A DNA stretch of 64,000 nucleotides. It comes from Escherichia coli (lineage in GTDB: Bacteria; Pseudomonadota; Gammaproteobacteria; Enterobacterales; Enterobacteriaceae). Positions 32,555 to 42,314 of this stretch are shown here, one piece after another (positions within the stretch are counted from its first letter, which is position 1; each line of letters begins with the position of its first letter). Position numbers and translations under genes: made by a program. Where the stretch lies: the NCBI RefSeq assembly GCF_013122565.1, contig NZ_CP053258.1. One strand, written 5' to 3'. The notes below the pieces were generated by a model. That model was given only the letters and a program-made list of their open reading frames with translations. It was not told where the DNA came from and did not search any database.

Positions 32555-33787
32555 ATGGCAAAGGTATCGCTGGAGAAAGACAAGATTAAGTTTCTGCTGG
32601 TAGAAGGCGTGCACCAAAAGGCGCTGGAAAGCCTTCGTGCAGCGGGTTACACCAACATTGAATTTCACAAAGGCGCGCTGGATGATGAACAATTAAAAGA
32701 ATCCATCCGCGATGCCCACTTCATCGGCCTGCGATCCCGTACCCATCTGACTGAAGACGTGATCAACGCCGCAGAAAAACTGGTCGCTATCGGCTGTTTC
32801 TGTATCGGAACAAACCAGGTTGATCTGGATGCGGCGGCAAAGCGCGGGATCCCGGTATTTAACGCACCGTTCTCAAATACGCGCTCTGTTGCGGAGCTGG
32901 TGATTGGCGAACTGCTGCTGCTATTGCGCGGCGTACCGGAAGCCAATGCTAAAGCGCACCGTGGCGTGTGGAACAAACTGGCGGCGGGTTCTTTTGAAGC
33001 GCGCGGCAAAAAGCTGGGTATCATCGGCTACGGTCATATTGGTACACAATTGGGCATTCTGGCTGAATCGCTGGGAATGTATGTTTACTTTTATGATATT
33101 GAAAACAAACTGCCGCTGGGCAACGCCACTCAGGTACAGCATCTTTCTGACCTGCTGAATATGAGTGATGTGGTGAGTCTGCATGTACCAGAGAATCCGT
33201 CCACCAAAAATATGATGGGCGCGAAAGAAATTTCACTAATGAAGCCCGGCTCGCTGCTGATTAATGCTTCGCGCGGTACTGTGGTGGATATTCCGGCGCT
33301 GTGTGATGCGCTGGCGAGCAAACATCTGGCGGGGGCGGCAATCGACGTATTCCCGACGGAACCGGCGACCAATAGCGATCCATTTACCTCTCCGCTGTGT
33401 GAATTCGACAACGTCCTTCTGACGCCACACATTGGCGGTTCGACTCAGGAAGCGCAGGAGAATATCGGCCTGGAAGTTGCGGGTAAATTGATCAAGTATT
33501 CTGACAATGGCTCAACGCTCTCTGCGGTGAACTTCCCGGAAGTCTCGCTGCCACTGCACGGTGGGCGTCGTCTGATGCACATCCACGAAAACCGTCCGGG
33601 CGTGCTAACTGCGCTGAACAAAATCTTCGCCGAGCAGGGCGTCAACATCGCCGCGCAATATCTACAAACTTCCGCCCAGATGGGTTATGTGGTTATTGAT
33701 ATTGAAGCCGACGAAGACGTTGCCGAAAAAGCGCTGCAGGCAATGAAAGCTATTCCAGGTACCATTCGCGCCCGTCTGCTGTACTAA
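32555..33787 (+). CDS. serA: D-3-phosphoglycerate dehydrogenase
   Basis: 410 aa. Confidence 0.95.
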   Translation: MAKVSLEKDKIKFLLVEGVHQKALESLRAAGYTNIEFHKGALDDEQLKESIRDAHFIGLRSRTHLTEDVINAAEKLVAIGCFCIGTNQVDLDAAAKRGIPVFNAPFSNTRSVAELVIGELLLLLRGVPEANAKAHRGVWNKLAAGSFEARGKKLGIIGYGHIGTQLGILAESLGMYVYFYDIENKLPLGNATQVQHLSDLLNMSDVVSLHVPENPSTKNMMGAKEISLMKPGSLLINASRGTVVDIPALCDALASKHLAGAAIDVFPTEPATNSDPFTSPLCEFDNVLLTPHIGGSTQEAQENIGLEVAGKLIKYSDNGSTLSAVNFPEVSLPLHGGRRLMHIHENRPGVLTALNKIFAEQGVNIAAQYLQTSAQMGYVVIDIEADEDVAEKALQAMKAIPGTIRARLLY

Positions 33788-33807
33788 TTCCCCTTCTCTG
33801 AAAATCA

Positions 33808-33839
33808 ACGGGCAGGTCACTGGCTTGCCCGTTTTTTTA
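33808..33839 (+). terminator. serA intrinsic terminator
   Basis: cgggcaggtcactggcttgcccg followed by ttttttt. Confidence 0.75.
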
Positions 33840-33959
33840 TCCCTTCTCCACACTGTTGCCGCGTTGCGCATTCTACTTTGCGAGTCTGCTCCAGAAAATA
33901 AATCAAAGTCAGATCAATGCGTTGTGTTTATTTAATGGGGATTTACGATGGCAGGACAG

Positions 33960-34100
33960 CACAGGGCTGTAACGGTAAAGCCCTCACCGAAGCGAGGGCT
34001 TGAAGGAGAAGGGTTATGATGCGACTTGTCATCATACTGATTGTACTGTTACTGATAAGTTTCGGAGCTTATTAACAGTCAGTCTCAGGGGAGGAGTCAT
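33960..34100 (-). ncRNA. sibC: Sib-family antisense sRNA (approximate boundaries)
   Basis: inferred from Ibs ORF position and family architecture; ends not mapped. Confidence 0.35.
34016..34075 (+). CDS. ibsC: Ibs-family type I toxin (19 aa, MMRLVIILIVLLLISFGAY)
   Basis: below ORF-track size cutoff; near-identical to recalled IbsC. Confidence 0.8.
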   Translation: MMRLVIILIVLLLISFGAY

Positions 34101-34352
34101 CCTCCCTTACCCTTACTCACTAAATTAGGTCAAAGAATCAACGATGTCAATCAGGGCGATGCGGGGTGCATCGCCCTGAACCGATCTTTTTGATAGCCAC
34201 ATCATCGCCCGCGTTTACTGCTGCAATAAATCCCTTTTCCCTGCAATGTATGTCTGCCTTACATGACGTTTTACGAGTGCACTCGAAGAAAAGATTTAAA
34301 GGCAGATCAATGCGTTGTGTTTATTTAATGGGGATTTACGATGGCAGGGCAG

Positions 34353-34493
34353 CATGGGGCTGTAACGGTAAAGCCCTCACCGAAGCGAGTGCTTGAAGGA
34401 GAAGGGTTATGATGCGACTTGCCATCATACTGATTGTACTGTTACTCATAAGTTTCCCAGCTTATTAACAGTCAGTCTCAGGGGCGGAGTCAT
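34353..34493 (-). ncRNA. Sib-family antisense sRNA, second copy (approximate)
   Basis: by analogy with copy 1. Confidence 0.3.
34409..34468 (+). CDS. Ibs-family type I toxin (19 aa, MMRLAIILIVLLLISFPAY)
   Basis: small ORF in second repeat copy; three residues differ from copy 1. Confidence 0.75.
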   Translation: MMRLAIILIVLLLISFPAY

Positions 34494-34568
34494 CCTCCCT
34501 TACCCTTACTCACTAAATTAGGTCAAAGAATCAACGATGTCAATCAGGGCGATGCAGGTGTGTCGCCC

Positions 34569-35117
34569 TCACCACTCCCAGACTTTCGACGGTGTAACCA
34601 CCGCAGGAAGAGGGATATCCCACTCTTCAACGGGGAGTTTTTCCACCAACTGACAATCATGCGCATAACCCACCGGTTGCATTTTATAGTGCTGCCAGTT
34701 TTGTAAGGTCCGATCATAAAAACCACCGCCCATTCCCAGGCGCTGGCCGTACTCATCAAAGGCGACCAGCGGTGTGATCAACACGTCTAATCGGGAAAGG
34801 GGTAGCACGTCACGCACATCCAATTTTGGCTCATGGATCTTCAACCTGTTCATCACCAGTTCGCTTTGCGGATGGTAATTCAGGAACAGCAAATTACCGG
34901 CACTAAAGGGATGCAAAACTGGAAGATATACGCGCTTACCGGCGCGCCAGAGTTGTTCTATGAGTGGCTGGGTGTCGAGTTCGCCATCAAAAGAGAGGAA
35001 TACAGCGACCGTATGTGCCATCACCACCGGGGGATAAGTCATCATCCGGGTAGCGGCTTGTTGACCCATTTCCTGCTGTTGTTCCGGCGTTAACGTACGA
35101 CGACGTTGCCGAATCAT
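34569..35117 (-). CDS. ygfA: 5-formyltetrahydrofolate cyclo-ligase
   Basis: start at MIRQRRRTL gives 182 aa as recalled for K-12; an in-frame ATG at 35171 (MTQLPEL) is an alternative. Confidence 0.85.
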   Translation of the reverse strand: MIRQRRRTLTPEQQQEMGQQAATRMMTYPPVVMAHTVAVFLSFDGELDTQPLIEQLWRAGKRVYLPVLHPFSAGNLLFLNYHPQSELVMNRLKIHEPKLDVRDVLPLSRLDVLITPLVAFDEYGQRLGMGGGFYDRTLQNWQHYKMQPVGYAHDCQLVEKLPVEEWDIPLPAVVTPSKVWEW

Positions 35118-35190
35118 TTTGCGGATTTCTTGTCGGGATAATGTCAGTGGGAGTTCTGGTAGTTGCGTCATGGCTGGTGCCAGATAAGAA

Positions 35191-35374
35191 GGGAATCTCC
35201 GAGATGCCGCCGCAGGCTGTAACCCTTGAACCCTTGGTTCAAGGTGAATGTGTCGTCGCAGTTTTAAGGCTTCTCGGACGGACCGAGCATGCTCACCAAC
35301 CGCGGAGCGCCACATTCTTGTGGTATGAAATATCGGCTCAGGGGACTGGCCCGCTTGCGAACATCTCAGAGAAA
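35191..35374 (-). ncRNA. ssrS: 6S RNA
   Basis: reverse complement reads ATTTCTCTGAGATGTTCGCAAGCGGGCCAGTCCCCTGAGCC...CGGAGATTCCCT, matching 6S RNA as recalled. Confidence 0.9.
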
Positions 35375-35416
35375 TTTTGTCTTCACGGTTACTCTACCAC
35401 AGTAAACCGAAAAGTG

Positions 35417-35812
<396 letters not shown>

Positions 35813-35913
35813 CTATAGCTACCCTGATGAGAAGAGACAAGCCCTTTTCTGGTCCACCAGGGCCCAAAGTGGTAGCATATCATGAATATTCCTCCCTTTG
35901 ACGACGAATGCTT

Positions 35914-36492
35914 ATGTCTATACAGAACGAAATGCCTGGTTACAACGAAATGAACCAGTATCTGAACCAACAAGGGACGGGTCTGACCCCTGCCGAGATG
36001 CATGGTTTAATCAGTGGGATGATATGTGGCGGTAACGATGACAGCTCATGGCTGCCGCTACTTCACGACCTGACGAACGAAGGCATGGCTTTCGGTCATG
36101 AGCTGGCACAGGCACTGCGTAAAATGCACTCTGCCACCAGCGATGCCCTGCAGGATGACGGCTTCCTTTTTCAGCTTTATCTGCCTGATGGCGATGATGT
36201 CAGCGTTTTCGATCGGGCTGATGCACTGGCAGGTTGGGTCAATCACTTCCTGCTTGGTCTTGGCGTTACGCAACCGAAGCTGGACAAAGTGACCGGAGAA
36301 ACCGGTGAAGCCATCGACGATCTGCGTAACATCGCGCAGCTGGGCTACGACGAAGACGAAGATCAGGAAGAGCTTGAAATGTCGCTTGAAGAGATCATCG
36401 AATACGTTCGTGTTGCCGCGCTGTTATGCCACGACACCTTTACTCATCCGCAACCGACCGCGCCAGAAGTACAAAAACCGACTCTACACTAA
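35914..36492 (+). CDS. ygfB: UPF0149 protein YgfB
   Basis: 192 aa from [10 protein letters not shown]. Confidence 0.9.
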
Positions 36493-36517
36493 AAACAAAA
36501 AACGTAAGGAGAGTGTT

Positions 36518-37843
36518 ATGAGTGAGATATCCCGGCAAGAGTTTCAGCGTCGCCGTCAGGCCCTGGTGGAGCAAATGCAACCCGGCAGCGCTGCGCTGAT
36601 TTTTGCTGCACCAGAAGTAACACGTAGCGCCGACAGCGAATACCCCTATCGTCAGAACAGTGACTTCTGGTACTTCACCGGCTTTAACGAACCGGAAGCG
36701 GTGCTGGTGCTGATTAAAAGCGATGACACTCATAACCACAGCGTTCTGTTTAACCGCGTTCGCGACCTGACGGCGGAGATCTGGTTTGGCCGTCGCTTAG
36801 GCCAGGATGCCGCGCCAGAGAAACTGGGCGTTGACCGCGCACTGGCATTCAGCGAAATCAATCAGCAACTTTATCAACTACTTAACGGCCTGGATGTGGT
36901 TTACCATGCCCAGGGCGAATATGCATATGCTGATGAAATCGTGAACAGTGCGCTGGAAAAACTGCGTAAAGGTTCGCGGCAAAATCTCACCGCACCGGCA
37001 ACGATGATCGACTGGCGTCCCATTGTTCATGAAATGCGCCTGTTCAAATCACCAGAAGAGATTGCCGTACTCCGCCGCGCGGGTGAAATCACCGCCCTGG
37101 CGCATACCCGGGCGATGGAAAAATGTCGTCCGGGAATGTTCGAGTACCATCTGGAAGGCGAAATTCACCACGAATTTAACCGCCACGGCGCGCGCTATCC
37201 TTCCTATAACACCATTGTCGGCAGCGGTGAAAACGGCTGCATTCTGCATTACACCGAAAACGAGTGTGAACTGCGCGACGGCGATCTGGTGTTGATTGAC
37301 GCGGGTTGCGAATACAAAGGTTACGCTGGCGATATTACCCGCACCTTCCCGGTCAACGGCAAATTCACTCAGGCTCAGCGTGAAATCTACGACATTGTGC
37401 TGGAGTCTCTCGAAACCAGCCTGCGCCTGTATCGTCCGGGAACTTCCATTCAGGAAGTCACCGGTGAAGTGGTGCGCATCATGGTTAGCGGCCTGGTAAA
37501 ACTCGGCATCCTGAAAGGTGATGTTGATGAACTGATCGCTCAGAACGCCCATCGTCCTTTCTTTATGCATGGCCTTAGCCACTGGTTAGGACTGGATGTC
37601 CATGACGTGGGTGTTTATGGTCAGGATCGCTCGCGCATTCTGGAACCGGGGATGGTACTGACCGTAGAGCCTGGTCTGTATATCGCGCCGGATGCGGATG
37701 TGCCGGAACAATATCGCGGTATCGGCATTCGTATTGAAGACGACATTGTGATTACCGAAACCGGCAACGAAAATCTCACCGCCAGCGTGGTGAAAAAGCC
37801 GGAAGAAATTGAAGCGTTGATGGCTGCTGCGAGAAAGCAATGA
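36518..37843 (+). CDS. pepP: Xaa-Pro aminopeptidase
   Basis: 441 aa from MSEISRQEFQ; RBS aaggagag. Confidence 0.95.
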   Translation: MSEISRQEFQRRRQALVEQMQPGSAALIFAAPEVTRSADSEYPYRQNSDFWYFTGFNEPEAVLVLIKSDDTHNHSVLFNRVRDLTAEIWFGRRLGQDAAPEKLGVDRALAFSEINQQLYQLLNGLDVVYHAQGEYAYADEIVNSALEKLRKGSRQNLTAPATMIDWRPIVHEMRLFKSPEEIAVLRRAGEITALAHTRAMEKCRPGMFEYHLEGEIHHEFNRHGARYPSYNTIVGSGENGCILHYTENECELRDGDLVLIDAGCEYKGYAGDITRTFPVNGKFTQAQREIYDIVLESLETSLRLYRPGTSIQEVTGEVVRIMVSGLVKLGILKGDVDELIAQNAHRPFFMHGLSHWLGLDVHDVGVYGQDRSRILEPGMVLTVEPGLYIAPDADVPEQYRGIGIRIEDDIVITETGNENLTASVVKKPEEIEALMAAARKQ

Positions 37844-39018
37844 GCGTAATCATCGTCGGTGGCGGCATGGCGGGCGCGACGCTGGCGCTGGCTATTTCCC
37901 GGTTAAGTTACGGGGCGCTGCCGGTACATTTGATTGAAGCGACCGCGCCAGAGTCACATGCTCATCCGGGCTTTGATGGACGAGCGATTGCGCTGGCGGC
38001 GGGTACCTGTCAGCAACTGGCGCGCATCGGCGTCTGGCAATCTCTGGCTGATTGCGCAACCGCCATCACCACCGTGCATGTCAGCGATCGTGGTCATGCT
38101 GGATTCGTCACCCTCGCCGCAGAAGATTACCAACTGGCGGCGCTGGGGCAGGTTGTTGAGTTGCACAATGTCGGGCAACGGCTGTTTGCATTGCTGCGCA
38201 AAGCACCTGGCGTAACGCTGCATTGCCCTGATCGCGTGGCTAACGTTGCCCGTACTCAGAGTCACGTTGAAGTGATGCTGGAGAGTGGCGAGACGCTGAC
38301 GGGCTGCGTGCTGGTAGCCGCTGATGGCACCCATTCAGCGTTAGCCACTGTGTGCGGCGTTGACTGGCAGCAGGAGCCTTACGAACAACTGGCCGTGATT
38401 GCCAACGTTGCGACTTCCGTTGCGCACGAAGGCCGCGCTTTTGAACGCTTTACGCAACATGGCCCGCTGGCGATGTTGCCGATGTCTGACGGACGCTGTT
38501 CGCTGGTCTGGTGTCATCCACTGGAACGGCGCGAAGAGGTGCTGTCGTGGAGTGACGAGAAGTTTTGCCGTGAGCTCCAGTCTGCCTTTGGCTGGCGACT
38601 GGGGCAAATTACCCACGCCGGTAAACGCAGTGCTTACCCGCTGGCATTAACCCGCGCCGCCAGACCGATTACCCATCGCACTGTGCTGGTGGGCAATGCG
38701 GCGCAAACCCTGCACCCCATCGCCGGGCAAGGGTTCAACCTCGGTATGCGAGATGTGATGAGCCTTGCGGAAACCCTGACTCAGGCGCAGGAGCGCGGAG
38801 AAGACATGGGTGATTACGGCGTATTGTGTCGTTATCAGCAGCGTCGACAGAGCGATCGCGAAGCAACCATTGGCGTCACGGACAGCCTTGTACATCTTTT
38901 TGCCAACCGTTGGACGCCGCTGGTTGTCGGGCGCAACATCGGGCTGATGACGATGGAATTATTTACCCCGGCACGCGATGTGCTGGCGCAGCGCACTCTC
39001 GGTTGGGTGGCGCGTTGA
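37840..39018 (+). CDS. ubiH: 2-octaprenyl-6-methoxyphenol hydroxylase
   Basis: 392 aa; start overlaps pepP stop. Confidence 0.95.
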   Translation: MSVIIVGGGMAGATLALAISRLSYGALPVHLIEATAPESHAHPGFDGRAIALAAGTCQQLARIGVWQSLADCATAITTVHVSDRGHAGFVTLAAEDYQLAALGQVVELHNVGQRLFALLRKAPGVTLHCPDRVANVARTQSHVEVMLESGETLTGCVLVAADGTHSALATVCGVDWQQEPYEQLAVIANVATSVAHEGRAFERFTQHGPLAMLPMSDGRCSLVWCHPLERREEVLSWSDEKFCRELQSAFGWRLGQITHAGKRSAYPLALTRAARPITHRTVLVGNAAQTLHPIAGQGFNLGMRDVMSLAETLTQAQERGEDMGDYGVLCRYQQRRQSDREATIGVTDSLVHLFANRWTPLVVGRNIGLMTMELFTPARDVLAQRTLGWVAR

Positions 39019-39040
39019 AGGCGGTTTTAAGGAATAAACA

Positions 39041-40243
39041 ATGCAAAGTGTTGATGTAGCCATTGTTGGCGGCGGCATGGTGGGGCTGGCGGTTGCCTGC
39101 GGCTTACAGGGGAGCGGCTTACGCGTTGCCGTACTGGAGCAGCGCGTACCGGAACCTCTGGCGGTAGATGCACCACCACAACTGCGCGTTTCGGCTATCA
39201 ATGCCGCCAGCGAAAAATTACTCACCCGTCTTGGCGTCTGGCAGGACATTCTCTCTCGTAGGGCCAGTTGCTATCACGGTATGGAAGTGTGGGACAAAGA
39301 CAGTTTTGGTCACATTTCGTTTGACGATCAAAGCATGGGCTATAACCATCTTGGGCATATCATTGAAAACTCAGTGATTCACTACGCGCTGTGGAACAAA
39401 GCGCAGCAGTCGTCAGATATCACTCTGTTGGCCCCCGCAGAATTACAGCAGGTCGCCTGGGGAGAAAATGAAACCTTCCTGACGTTGAAAGATGGCAGTA
39501 TGTTAACGGCGCGTCTGGTGATTGGCGCGGACGGCGCTAATTCCTGGTTGCGCAACAAAGCCGATATTCCGCTGACTTTCTGGGATTATCAGCATCACGC
39601 GCTGGTGGCGACCATTCGCACGGAAGAACCGCATGATGCGGTGGCGCGGCAGGTTTTCCATGGCGAAGGCATTCTGGCCTTTTTACCGCTTAGCGATCCG
39701 CATCTTTGCTCGATTGTCTGGTCACTGTCGCCAGAGGAAGCGCAGCGGATGCAGCAGGCAGGGGAAGACGAATTTAATCGCGCGTTAAATATCGCTTTTG
39801 ATAATCGCCTGGGCTTATGCAAGGTTGAGAGCGAGCGTCAGGTGTTCCCGCTAACGGGGCGTTATGCGCGCCAGTTTGCCGCGCACCGTCTGGCGCTGGT
39901 GGGCGACGCCGCGCATACCATTCACCCGCTGGCGGGGCAGGGGGTAAATCTCGGCTTTATGGATGCTGCAGAGCTGATTGCTGAACTGAAACGGTTGCAT
40001 CGTCAGGGTAAAGACATCGGGCAGTACATTTACCTGCGTCGCTATGAACGTAGCCGCAAGCACAGCGCGGCGCTGATGCTGGCTGGTATGCAGGGATTCC
40101 GCGATCTGTTTTCCGGTACCAATCCGGCGAAAAAACTGCTGCGTGATATTGGTCTGAAACTGGCCGACACGCTTCCTGGCGTTAAATCACAACTTATCCG
40201 CCAGGCAATGGGATTAAACGATTTGCCTGAATGGCTGCGTTAA
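39041..40243 (+). CDS. ubiI: 2-octaprenylphenol hydroxylase
   Basis: 400 aa. Confidence 0.95.
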   Translation: MQSVDVAIVGGGMVGLAVACGLQGSGLRVAVLEQRVPEPLAVDAPPQLRVSAINAASEKLLTRLGVWQDILSRRASCYHGMEVWDKDSFGHISFDDQSMGYNHLGHIIENSVIHYALWNKAQQSSDITLLAPAELQQVAWGENETFLTLKDGSMLTARLVIGADGANSWLRNKADIPLTFWDYQHHALVATIRTEEPHDAVARQVFHGEGILAFLPLSDPHLCSIVWSLSPEEAQRMQQAGEDEFNRALNIAFDNRLGLCKVESERQVFPLTGRYARQFAAHRLALVGDAAHTIHPLAGQGVNLGFMDAAELIAELKRLHRQGKDIGQYIYLRRYERSRKHSAALMLAGMQGFRDLFSGTNPAKKLLRDIGLKLADTLPGVKSQLIRQAMGLNDLPEWLR

Positions 40244-40286
40244 AAATTTCTCTTCTGCTGTTTATTTGATACCCATCACACTTTCA

Positions 40287-40322
40287 TCTCCCGGTTTTTT
40301 CGCCGGGAGATTTTCCTCATTT
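40287..40322 (+). terminator. ubiI intrinsic terminator
   Basis: tctcccgg ttttttcg ccgggaga followed by ttttcctcattt. Confidence 0.65.
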
Positions 40323-40689
40323 GAAATAAACTAATTTCACCTCCGTTTTCGCATTATATTTTCTAATGTCACGAATTTTTGATTTAGTGTTTTTTGACAT
40401 TTTTTCAGCTCTTAATATTGCCTTATTCAAATTAACTCTCTCATCACATCATCTTTATATAGAAATTGGTGTGTTTTTTGGTTTTTTATTCCGTTGCGAT
40501 TTTGGCGTTTTTTAACCATAAGCTAATGTGATGATCAATTTTACCTTATGGTTAACAGTCTGTTTCGGTGGTAAGTTCAGGCAAAAGAGAACGATTGCGT
40601 TGGGGACCGGGAGTGGCTCCGATGCTGGGTTTCGTGGTGATAATTTCACCATGAAAAGTTGTCAGCCCCGCTTATTCAATGAGGACAAG

Positions 40690-41784
40690 ATGGCACAACA
40701 GACTCCTTTGTACGAACAACACACGCTTTGCGGCGCTCGCATGGTGGATTTCCACGGCTGGATGATGCCGCTGCATTACGGTTCGCAAATCGACGAACAT
40801 CATGCGGTACGTACCGATGCCGGAATGTTTGATGTGTCACATATGACCATCGTCGATCTTCGCGGCAGCCGCACCCGGGAGTTTCTGCGTTATCTGCTGG
40901 CGAACGATGTGGCGAAGCTCACCAAAAGCGGCAAAGCCCTTTACTCGGGGATGTTGAATGCCTCTGGCGGTGTGATAGATGATCTCATCGTCTACTACTT
41001 TACTGAAGATTTCTTCCGCCTCGTTGTTAACTCCGCCACCCGCGAAAAAGACCTCTCCTGGATTACCCAACACGCTGAACCTTTCGGCATCGAAATTACC
41101 GTTCGCGATGACCTTTCCATGATTGCCGTGCAAGGGCCGAATGCACAGGCAAAAGCTGCCACACTGTTTAATGACGCCCAGCGTCAGGCGGTGGAAGGGA
41201 TGAAACCGTTCTTTGGCGTGCAGGCGGGGGATCTGTTTATTGCCACCACTGGTTATACCGGTGAAGCGGGCTATGAAATTGCGCTGCCCAATGAAAAAGC
41301 GGCCGATTTCTGGCGCGCGCTGGTGGAAGCGGGCGTTAAGCCATGCGGCCTGGGCGCGCGTGACACGCTGCGTCTGGAAGCTGGCATGAATTTGTATAGT
41401 CAGGAGATGGACGAAACCATCTCTCCTTTAGCCGCCAACATGGGCTGGACCATCGCCTGGGAACCGGCAGATCGTGACTTTATCGGTCGTGAAGCTCTGG
41501 AAGCGCAGCGTGAACATGGCACAGAAAAACTGGTTGGTCTGGTGATGACCGAAAAAGGCGTGCTGCGTAATGAACTGCCGGTACGTTTTACCGATGCGCA
41601 GGGCAACCAGCATGAAGGCATTATCACCAGCGGGACTTTCTCCCCGACGCTGGGTTACAGCATTGCGCTGGCGCGCGTGCCGGAAGGTATTGGTGAAACA
41701 GCGATTGTGCAAATTCGCAACCGTGAAATGCCGGTTAAAGTGACGAAACCTGTTTTTGTGCGTAACGGCAAAGCCGTCGCGTGA
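40690..41784 (+). CDS. gcvT: glycine cleavage T protein (aminomethyltransferase)
   Basis: 364 aa from [11 protein letters not shown]. Confidence 0.95.
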
Positions 41785-41807
41785 TTTACTTTTTTGGAGA
41801 TTGATTG

Positions 41808-42197
41808 ATGAGCAACGTACCAGCAGAACTGAAATACAGCAAAGAACACGAATGGCTGCGTAAAGAAGCCGACGGCACTTATACCGTTGGCATCACCGAA
41901 CACGCTCAGGAGTTGTTGGGCGATATGGTGTTTGTTGACCTGCCGGAAGTGGGCGCGACGGTTAGCGCGGGCGATGACTGCGCGGTTGCCGAATCGGTAA
42001 AAGCGGCGTCAGACATTTATGCGCCAGTAAGCGGTGAAATCGTGGCGGTAAACGACGTACTGAGCGATTCCCCGGAACTGGTGAACAGCGAACCGTATGC
42101 AGGCGGCTGGATTTTCAAAATCAAAGCCAGCGATGAAAGCGAACTGGAATCACTGCTGGATGCGACCGCATACGAAGCATTGTTAGAAGACGAGTAA
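41808..42197 (+). CDS. gcvH: glycine cleavage H protein
   Basis: 129 aa from [10 protein letters not shown]. Confidence 0.95.
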   Translation: MSNVPAELKYSKEHEWLRKEADGTYTVGITEHAQELLGDMVFVDLPEVGATVSAGDDCAVAESVKAASDIYAPVSGEIVAVNDVLSDSPELVNSEPYAGGWIFKIKASDESELESLLDATAYEALLEDE

Positions 42198-42314
42198 CGG
42201 CTTTATTCCTCTTCTGCGGGAGAGGATCAGGGTGAGGAAATTTACGCCTCACCCTCACTCTCTTCGTAAGGAGAGAGGTTCACAATTCACTGCACGTTTC
42301 AGGAACCATCGCTC

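Larger units (their letters stand above)
33910..34177. repeat. Sib/Ibs type I toxin-antitoxin unit, copy 1 of a tandem pair
   Basis: about 265-bp unit repeated at 34303-34566 with scattered substitutions. Confidence 0.8.
34303..34566. repeat. Sib/Ibs type I toxin-antitoxin unit, copy 2
   Basis: second copy of the unit, ending 2 nt before the ygfA stop. Confidence 0.8.
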
